From a virus, in the IMG/VR virus record IMGVR_UViG_3300032297_000372, positions 27,614 through 91,613 of that record: DNA of 64,000 nt; one strand, 5' to 3'. Shown piece after piece: positions 57,449-64,000 of this stretch (positions within the stretch are counted from its first letter, which is position 1; the number at the start of each line of letters is the position of its first letter). Made by a program: the position numbers and the translations under genes. Below the pieces are notes generated by a model that worked only from the letters and a program-made list of their open reading frames with translations, had not been told where the DNA came from and made no database searches.

Positions 57449-58227
57449 TGTTACATAACGAGTTTTTTTATAATAGAACAATTAGAAAAATTGTTGTGGC
57501 ATTTGGTACAATTTTCAACGACTTACAAATCATTAGATTTACTAAAGCAGGCGTAGAGAAAGAAAGAATTCGAGTACCATTATCTTATGGTTCTAAAGAG
57601 AAATACATGACTCGACTTTTGGCAGATCCAGATTTACTCAAGTCTGTCAATACGGTTGTTCCTAGAATTTCATTTGACATGACTGGAATGGCATATGATC
57701 CTTCCAGAAAACAAATAACAACTGTTAAAAACTTTGCAACTAACAATTCTGCGACAACTTTGAAGTCTCAACGTATGCCTGTACCATATACGTTTGATTT
57801 TTCGATGTCGATTTATGTTAGAAATACTGAAGACGGTACACAAATACTAGAACAAATATTGCCATTCTTTACACCAGATTATACTGTATCTGTTAAATTT
57901 AATCCTACGATGGGTGATGCTGGTACTAAAGATATGCCTATTACATTGAATTCAGTATCTAATGAGGTTGATTATGAAGGTGATATGGCTTCAACCAGAT
58001 TAATTATTTGGAACTTAGAATTTACAGCAAGAAGTTTCATATGGCCTGCCATCAAAGAAGAATCTTATATTCGTAATGCAAATTCTAATGTCTATATTGA
58101 AACTACAACAACTAGTAATGTGACGACTAGTAATGTGGCTTTATTCTTTCATACTGAATCTGATAATGCTGCGGCAATGATAGATGATGAATTTGGGTTT
58201 GCGGATACTATAACTTACTTAGTTTAA
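57448..58227 (+). CDS. gp15: Tail sheath stabiliser/completion protein gp15
   Basis: FYNRTIRKIVVAFGTIFN, VPLSYG.KEKY, PRISF and QILEQILPFFTP. Confidence 0.93.
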   Translation: MLHNEFFYNRTIRKIVVAFGTIFNDLQIIRFTKAGVEKERIRVPLSYGSKEKYMTRLLADPDLLKSVNTVVPRISFDMTGMAYDPSRKQITTVKNFATNNSATTLKSQRMPVPYTFDFSMSIYVRNTEDGTQILEQILPFFTPDYTVSVKFNPTMGDAGTKDMPITLNSVSNEVDYEGDMASTRLIIWNLEFTARSFIWPAIKEESYIRNANSNVYIETTTTSNVTTSNVALFFHTESDNAAAMIDDEFGFADTITYLV

Positions 58228-58236
58228 TATATAATT

Positions 58237-58617
58237 ATGAAAAAATTAAATGAAAAATTATCAGAAGTTTTTGATGTGGAACCTATACAAGTTGAAAGTA
58301 ACATTGTCGAGGTCAAAGAACCTATAGAAGATGATGCGGATTTTGCTCGTCAGAATATTAGAGAATTGATAGATAAAGGTAACAAAGCAGTTGACGGTAT
58401 TCTTAATGTTGCCAAAGAATCTGAAAAGGCGAGAGATTATGAAGTCGCTGCCAATCTAATTAAAAGTCTTTCTGATTTGAATAAAGATTTAATGGAGATT
58501 CAGAAACGTAAGAAAGATTTGACAGGTAAAAAGAATGATGGTCCTATCAATGTTGATAAGGCTGTGTTCGTAGGTTCAACTAACGAATTAATGAAACTTT
58601 TAAAAGATAATAAATAG
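58237..58617 (+). CDS. gp16: Terminase small subunit gp16
   Basis: DDADFARQNIRELI...ARDYEVAANLIK...AVFVGSTNELMKLL; position between gp15 and gp17. Confidence 0.88.
   Translation: MKKLNEKLSEVFDVEPIQVESNIVEVKEPIEDDADFARQNIRELIDKGNKAVDGILNVAKESEKARDYEVAANLIKSLSDLNKDLMEIQKRKKDLTGKKNDGPINVDKAVFVGSTNELMKLLKDNK
58609..58616 (+). promoter_or_regulatory. Late promoter-like AATAAATA upstream of dps
   Basis: Overlaps the end of gp16, 8 nt before the dps ATG. Confidence 0.5.
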
Positions 58618-58624
58618 GACTAAT

Positions 58625-59059
58625 ATGGAAACATTAATAACACAATTAAAAACTATTCTAGGAACAAACTTTGCTTTGTATTTTAAAGCACATTCGTTTC
58701 ATTGGAATATCGAAGGTTCAAACTTTCCACAATACCATGGTTTTCTAGGTGATTTCTACGAATCTGTTTTCGATCAGACAGATACTATTGCAGAACATAT
58801 TCGTCAATTAGATGCATATGCCCCTACATCTTTAGGAAGAATGTTAGAGTTATCTGATATACCAGAAACAACTAATATTCCACCAGCACTTGCAATGATA
58901 AGTGAATTAAAGAATGACAATGATCGTTTCATCATTCATCTACGTGCAGGTATTGTTGCTGCTGATGAAGCTGGTGAACCCGCAGTTTCTAATTTCTTGC
59001 AAGACATTTTAGCTAATCACCAAAAACACGCATGGATGTTACGTAGTATTATAAAATAA
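58625..59059 (+). CDS. dps: Dps family ferritin-like protein
   Basis: KAHSFHWNIEGSNFPQYH.FLGDFYE...DTIAEHIRQL...KHAWMLRS contains both Dps signature regions with ferroxidase His/Asp/Glu. Confidence 0.92.
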   Translation: METLITQLKTILGTNFALYFKAHSFHWNIEGSNFPQYHGFLGDFYESVFDQTDTIAEHIRQLDAYAPTSLGRMLELSDIPETTNIPPALAMISELKNDNDRFIIHLRAGIVAADEAGEPAVSNFLQDILANHQKHAWMLRSIIK

Positions 59060-60693
59060 TGAATGATGGTTATCTTGGTAATGTAAACCTTAAACGGGTT
59101 GGTGTCGAACTTTCATACACAGAGGAACAGGTAGCAGAAATATTAAAATGCTCCCAAGACCCCGTACATTTTATTAAAACTTATGTAAAGATTGTTCATG
59201 TTGATAAAGGCCTTGTTCCTTTTGACATGTGGAATTTCCAAGAAGATATGGTAAGTACCTTCAAGGATAATCGATTCATCATATGTAAAATGCCTCGACA
59301 GGTTGGAAAAACAACCACAACGGTCGGTTATATGTTGTGGTCTGTTTTATTCAGCGAGAATTATGTTGTAGGTATTCTTGCAAACAAAGGTCAATTAGCA
59401 CGTGACATTCTTGCTAAAATTCAATTAGCATACGAACATCTACCTTTATGGTTACAACAAGGTATCATTACTTGGAATAAAGGTAACATAGAACTAGAAA
59501 ACGGCTCGAAGATTTTTGCATATGCAACTTCTGCTGCTGGTGTCCGTGGTGGTACATTTAACTTAATCTTCTTAGATGAGTTTGCGTTCGTACCACATAA
59601 CATGGCACAAGAATTCTTCATGTCAACGTATCCTGTTATCTCTTCTGGTAAAACATCTAAAGTAATTATCGTTTCAACTCCTACCGGATTGAATCAATTC
59701 TATAAGATGTGGACAGATGCAATTGAAAAGAGATCAATGTATGTTCCTGTTGAAGTACATTGGTCTATGGTTCCAGGTCGAGATGCGAAGTGGCGAGATG
59801 AAACTATTCGGAATACCAGTGAAGAACAGTTTAGGCAAGAATTTGAAACTGAATTTATTGGTTCTACGGCAACATTGATCTCTGGTGTGAAGTTGAGATC
59901 ACTTGCGTTTCACACTCCTGTTAAGTCGGAGGACGGTCTGGACATCTATGAAATGCCACAGAAAGGTCACATGTACGTTTCATGTGTTGACTGCTCCGAA
60001 GGTGTCAACCAAGACTATTCTACAATCAATGTGGTTGACGTAACTCAAATACCGTACAGACAAGTGGCAAAATACCGTAGTAATAAGTTGCCTTTATTAT
60101 TGTTTCCGACGGTTATCTATTCGTTATCTAAAAGGTACAATGAGGCCTTTGCTTTAATTGAAACGAATAATATAGGTCAACAAGTGGTAGATGTGTTGCA
60201 TTATGACTTAGAATACGAAAACATCTACAAAATTGAACATCACCACATTAAAGGTCAAAGTATATCTGGTGGTTTTAAACGTGCGACTTCTTTTGGTTTG
60301 AGAACCACCAAATCCGTTAAAAAGATTGGATGTGCAAACTTAAAGACACTTATCGAATCTGATAAATTAATTATTAATGACTTTGACACCATTGCAGAAT
60401 TAAATACTTTTGCTAGGGTTAAAGATTCGTATGCTGCTGAAGAAGGTAATTATGACGACCTAGTTATGGGACTAGTTCAGTTTGCGTGGCTTGCAGCGCA
60501 GAATTATTTTAGAGATAGTACAAATATTGATATTCGTAGAGTTCTGGTTGAAGAAAACAACATGAGTGCAGAAGAAGACTTATTGCCAGTTGGTATTATA
60601 GATGATGGAAGACCAGAACCTACGGTTGATAGTAAAGGTATGGCATGGTATGACGATATAAGGGGTCAAGGATATACTCCCTCAAATTTCTAA
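59059..60693 (+). CDS. gp17: Terminase large subunit gp17
   Basis: Walker A PRQVGKTT, Walker B LIFLDEFAF, motif IIVSTP, QEFETEF and the nuclease motif DDLVM. Confidence 0.96.
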   Translation: MNDGYLGNVNLKRVGVELSYTEEQVAEILKCSQDPVHFIKTYVKIVHVDKGLVPFDMWNFQEDMVSTFKDNRFIICKMPRQVGKTTTTVGYMLWSVLFSENYVVGILANKGQLARDILAKIQLAYEHLPLWLQQGIITWNKGNIELENGSKIFAYATSAAGVRGGTFNLIFLDEFAFVPHNMAQEFFMSTYPVISSGKTSKVIIVSTPTGLNQFYKMWTDAIEKRSMYVPVEVHWSMVPGRDAKWRDETIRNTSEEQFRQEFETEFIGSTATLISGVKLRSLAFHTPVKSEDGLDIYEMPQKGHMYVSCVDCSEGVNQDYSTINVVDVTQIPYRQVAKYRSNKLPLLLFPTVIYSLSKRYNEAFALIETNNIGQQVVDVLHYDLEYENIYKIEHHHIKGQSISGGFKRATSFGLRTTKSVKKIGCANLKTLIESDKLIINDFDTIAELNTFARVKDSYAAEEGNYDDLVMGLVQFAWLAAQNYFRDSTNIDIRRVLVEENNMSAEEDLLPVGIIDDGRPEPTVDSKGMAWYDDIRGQGYTPSNF

Positions 60694-60696
60694 AAA

Positions 60697-60704
60697 CATA
60701 AATA
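60697..60704 (+). promoter_or_regulatory. Late promoter CATAAATA
   Basis: Intergenic, followed by an AAGGAG Shine-Dalgarno and the gp18 ATG. Confidence 0.7.
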
Positions 60705-60750
60705 CAACATAAAATAGAATTACTAAAGCCTGATAAAAGGAGATTAAACC

Positions 60751-62442
60751 ATGGCATTTCAATTATCACCAGGTGTAAATGTCTCAGAGATTGACTTAAC
60801 AACGGTCATTCCCTCTGTAGCTACTACTATCGGTGGTTTTGCCGGTAATTTCAACTGGGGTCCAGTTAATGAAATTACTTCCATTAATAATGAACTTCAG
60901 TTGGTTGAGCGTTTTGGCAAACCTGACGGTAACACATTTACATCGTTTTTCACAGCAGCAAACTTCCTTGCTTATGGAAGCAATTTAAAATTAGTACGTT
61001 CGGTTGGAGCCAGCGCAAAAAACGCTGTCGATAACGGAACTGGACCGGTCATTTTAAATGAAACTGATTACATAGATAATCATTCTAGTGGATCAGGAAC
61101 ACAATTTTTCGCAGCAAAATATCCAGGCACTTTAGCAAATGGCATTCGTATCGAAATTTGTGATGCTAACAATACCGTATTTAATGCTTGGACATATAAG
61201 AATCAATTTGATACTTCACCTTCAGCTTCTGATTATGCATCTTTACAGATTCCTGGTGGTTCTTCAAATGACGAAATTCATATCATAGTTTTAGATGCTA
61301 CTGGTAAAATTACTGGTACTGCAAACACCGTATTAGAAAAATATGGATTTGTATCTAAAGCTTCTGATGCTAAAAATACAGACGGTACATCAAATTATTA
61401 TAAAGATGTTATCAATAATAAATCAAAATATTTGTGGTGGTTAAAACATCCTACAGTAGGTACAAATTGGGGTACAACAGTAGCCGCTCAAGGAGAAGCT
61501 GGTTTTGATAAGTCTGCCGAGATTATCGGATACACTTTAGCTGGCGGTGTAGATGCTGCTCCAGTTTCAGCTAATGTACAAACATCTTTTGCTTTGTTCA
61601 ATAATTCAGATTCAGTAGATATTTCTTTATTGATGGCTGGTCCATATACAGATGCAACTACAGTTAATAACTTAATTAGCCTTGTTGATGATCGTAAAGA
61701 TTGTATGTTATTTGTTTCTCCACCTTCAACAGACGTTATTGATAATGCTGATTCGGAAGCTTTAGCAATATCAAATCTAATCACTACTTTAACTCCAAGT
61801 TCATATGTTGTAATCGACTCTGCTTGGAAATATCAGTACGACAAATATAGTGACGTTTATCGTTGGATACCTTTAAATGCTGATATCGCAGGTCTATGTG
61901 CTAGAACAGATATACAAAGAGATCCATGGTTCTCACCAGCAGGTTTAAATAGAGGACAAATTAAGAATGTAGTTAAACTTTCATGGAATCCTAAGAAATC
62001 TGAACGTGATATGATCTATAAAGCTGGTATTAATCCAGTAGTTACATTCCCAGGTGAAGGTACAATTCTTTATGGTGATAAGACTTTCCAAAATAGACCT
62101 TCAGCATTTGATCGTATTAACGTTCGCCGTTTATTCTTGATCTTAGAGAAGACAATTGCTAAGGCATCACGTTCAACTCTATTTGAATTCAACGATGAAT
62201 TTACAAGAGCTCAGTTTGTAAATCTTGTAGAGCCATACTTGCGTGATATTCAAGGTCGCCGTGGCATCTATGACTACCGTGTTGTTTGCGATACAACAAA
62301 TAATACACCAGAAGTTATAGATCAGAATCAATTTGTAGGTGACATTTATATTAAACCAGCTCGTTCGATTAATTTCATACAACTCAACTTTGTAGCAGTA
62401 CGTACAGGTGTTGCGTTCAATGAAATAGTCGGAAAATTCTAA
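60751..62442 (+). CDS. gp18: Tail sheath protein gp18
   Basis: SPGVNVSEIDLT, PWFSPAGLNRG, SAFDRINVRRLF and YIKPARSINFIQLNF. Confidence 0.96.
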   Translation: MAFQLSPGVNVSEIDLTTVIPSVATTIGGFAGNFNWGPVNEITSINNELQLVERFGKPDGNTFTSFFTAANFLAYGSNLKLVRSVGASAKNAVDNGTGPVILNETDYIDNHSSGSGTQFFAAKYPGTLANGIRIEICDANNTVFNAWTYKNQFDTSPSASDYASLQIPGGSSNDEIHIIVLDATGKITGTANTVLEKYGFVSKASDAKNTDGTSNYYKDVINNKSKYLWWLKHPTVGTNWGTTVAAQGEAGFDKSAEIIGYTLAGGVDAAPVSANVQTSFALFNNSDSVDISLLMAGPYTDATTVNNLISLVDDRKDCMLFVSPPSTDVIDNADSEALAISNLITTLTPSSYVVIDSAWKYQYDKYSDVYRWIPLNADIAGLCARTDIQRDPWFSPAGLNRGQIKNVVKLSWNPKKSERDMIYKAGINPVVTFPGEGTILYGDKTFQNRPSAFDRINVRRLFLILEKTIAKASRSTLFEFNDEFTRAQFVNLVEPYLRDIQGRRGIYDYRVVCDTTNNTPEVIDQNQFVGDIYIKPARSINFIQLNFVAVRTGVAFNEIVGKF

Positions 62443-62448
62443 TAAATA
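62441..62448 (+). promoter_or_regulatory. Late promoter AATAAATA
   Basis: Overlaps the gp18 stop; AGGAG Shine-Dalgarno and gp19 ATG downstream. Confidence 0.7.
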
Positions 62449-62469
62449 GAGAGATAGGAGAAAATACAA

Positions 62470-63015
62470 ATGGCTTTTAATGTAAACGAATTCCGCTCTC
62501 AGATGCAAGGTGACGGTGCCCGCCCAAATTTATTTGAGGTGAGTATGCCGTTTCCTGCATTCGCATTGCCTGGAACAGCACAAACAAAATTAACATTTAT
62601 GTGTAAGACTGCACAATTACCTGGTTCAACTGTTAACATGGTGCCTGTGCAGTATTTTGGTCGTGAATTAAAATTTGCAGGTAACAGAACTTTCGCAGAC
62701 TGGTCTATCACCGTTATTAACGATGAAGACTTTATCATACGTAATGCATTCGAACGTTGGATGAATGGTCTAAATAGCCATAGTCTAAATCTTCGTAATG
62801 CAGCTGCAACTTCACCTACAGGTTATACTGTTGATGGTGATGTTAAACAGTTTGCAAAGAGTGGCGAAACAATCAAAAGGTATAAATTTCTTGGATTGTT
62901 TCCAACAGATTTATCAGCGATTGATGTGGATTGGGGTTCCAACGATACGATTGAAGAATTCACAGTGAATCTTTCATATCAATGGTGGGAATCAGTTGAA
63001 GACGGTGTTGCTTAA
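62470..63015 (+). CDS. gp19: Tail tube protein gp19
   Basis: GARPNLFEV, CKTAQLPGS, GRELKFAGNRTFADW.ITVINDEDF and IEEFTVNLSYQWW. Confidence 0.95.
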   Translation: MAFNVNEFRSQMQGDGARPNLFEVSMPFPAFALPGTAQTKLTFMCKTAQLPGSTVNMVPVQYFGRELKFAGNRTFADWSITVINDEDFIIRNAFERWMNGLNSHSLNLRNAAATSPTGYTVDGDVKQFAKSGETIKRYKFLGLFPTDLSAIDVDWGSNDTIEEFTVNLSYQWWESVEDGVA

Positions 63016-63018
63016 TAG

Positions 63019-63044
63019 AAGGAAGAGCTTTGCTCTTCCTTTTA
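63019..63044 (+). terminator. Rho-independent terminator after gp19
   Basis: AAGGAAGAGC-TTT-GCTCTTCCTT forms a perfect 10-bp hairpin running into a short T tract. Confidence 0.8.
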
Positions 63045-63064
63045 TCCTATAGGATTATTATATT

Positions 63065-64000
63065 GTGGCTATAAAACTTTTTGGTTTTACTTTAGGTAAA
63101 AAAGATATTGTTCAGGTTCAACAACCTGAGCAAGCTTCTTTTGCACTTCCCACCGAATCTATTGATGACGGTGCGGTTACTATTACCTCTAATGCGTACT
63201 ATGGTACGTATGTAGATTTAGAAGGTTCGGTTCGTAATGAACTTGAACTTATTACTCGTTATAGAGAAATGGCCAATCATCCAGAATGTGAGATGGCTAT
63301 TGATGAGATTGTTAATGAAGCAATCACACATACAGAAGATGGTAAAGTTGTTGATATTATCGTAGATAAATTAAAACAACCAGATTCTATTAAGAAGAAA
63401 ATCATCGATGAGTTTGAAACAATTCTTCGAATGGTTAATTTCAGCAACTTAGCTGATGATTTGTTTAAGCGTTGGTACATCGATGGTAGAATTTACTATC
63501 ATATCGTTGTTGATGAGAGCAATCCAAAAGAAGGTATTAAAGAATTACGATACATTGACCCACGTAAGATTCGTAAGGTACGTGAGATTAAAAAAGACCG
63601 AGATCCAAAAACTGGTGCCAATGTAATCAAATCTATCGCAGAATACTATGTGTATAATGACAAAGGTACAAATACACAAACATATACTGCACAAGTTAAT
63701 AACGGTTTAAGAATTGCACCTGATGCGGTAATTAATGTCAATTCAGGTTTGATGGATGCAAAAAACACTTTTGTTATTTCGTATCTACACAAAGCAATTA
63801 AACCTTTAAATCAATTGCGAATGATTGAAGATGCAATTGTTATTTACAGACTATCGAGAGCACCAGAACGTAGAATATTTTATATTGACGTAGGTAATTT
63901 ACCAAAAGGTAAAGCTGAACAATATTTACGTGACGTTATGGTGAAGTATAGAAATAAAATGGTTTACGATGCATCGACTGGTGAACTGAGAGATGACCGT
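63065..64000 (+). CDS. gp20: Portal vertex protein gp20 (partial, runs off the window)
   Basis: Read manually from the GTG at 63065: MAIKLFGFTLG...LITRYREMANHPECEMAIDEIVNEAI...WYIDGR...ELRYIDPRKI...SYLHKAIKPLNQLRMIEDAIVIYRLSRAPERRIFYIDVGNLPK. Confidence 0.95.
   Translation, partial: MAIKLFGFTLGKKDIVQVQQPEQASFALPTESIDDGAVTITSNAYYGTYVDLEGSVRNELELITRYREMANHPECEMAIDEIVNEAITHTEDGKVVDIIVDKLKQPDSIKKKIIDEFETILRMVNFSNLADDLFKRWYIDGRIYYHIVVDESNPKEGIKELRYIDPRKIRKVREIKKDRDPKTGANVIKSIAEYYVYNDKGTNTQTYTAQVNNGLRIAPDAVINVNSGLMDAKNTFVISYLHKAIKPLNQLRMIEDAIVIYRLSRAPERRIFYIDVGNLPKGKAEQYLRDVMVKYRNKMVYDASTGELRDDR

Noticed and set aside
59059-62442. Intein, intron or homing endonuclease in gp17/gp18
   Set aside because: Both ORFs are continuous, of ordinary length, and show no splicing or endonuclease motifs.
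579-63480. Many short alternative-frame and antisense ORFs in the track (e.g. 18992-19459 -, 43995-44378 -, 51056-51538 +, 63277-63480 -)
   Set aside because: They lie inside long, well-supported + strand genes and reflect the biased codon usage of repetitive Ala/Asn/Thr-rich proteins. They show no motifs or ribosome binding sites.
1-64000. Alternative genetic code or stop-codon readthrough
   Set aside because: The standard code gives full-length, tightly packed genes using TAA, TAG and TGA stops. The gp5 split has a separate downstream ATG 9 nt after a TAA; both parts are in the same frame, but the spacer holds a second in-frame TAA, which argues against readthrough.

Overview
This 64 kb window is the virion-morphogenesis region of an AT-rich T4-like myophage with the cyanophage/pelagiphage-type gene layout. 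Almost everything is on the + strand. Gene order: gp4 (- strand), gp48, gp53, a gp27-like hub, a split gp5, gp25, gp6, a 4146-aa gp7 with about 18 Ig-like repeats and 6 LamG domains, gp8, a VrlC-like protein, several fibre genes, gp13-gp16, a Dps gene, gp17-gp19 and the start of gp20 (partial, not in the ORF track). T4 late-promoter boxes (NATAAATA) sit in front of many genes. The most notable region is a 9.2 kb, 13-gene block (32879-42096) placed directly after a tail fibre gene that ends in an intramolecular chaperone. It encodes four radical SAM/SPASM-type enzymes, one JmjC-like cupin, three 2OG-Fe(II) oxygenases and four unknown proteins. It also encodes a 181-aa virion-like protein whose only cysteines lie in a C-terminal (Cys-His-x-Ser)3-RGRR tail, with a perfect late promoter upstream. 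I infer a phage-encoded, RiPP-like system that post-translationally modifies a virion (fibre-tip) protein. This is untested, and novelty needs a database check. I saw no tRNA, rRNA, CRISPR array, integrase, intron or homing endonuclease.
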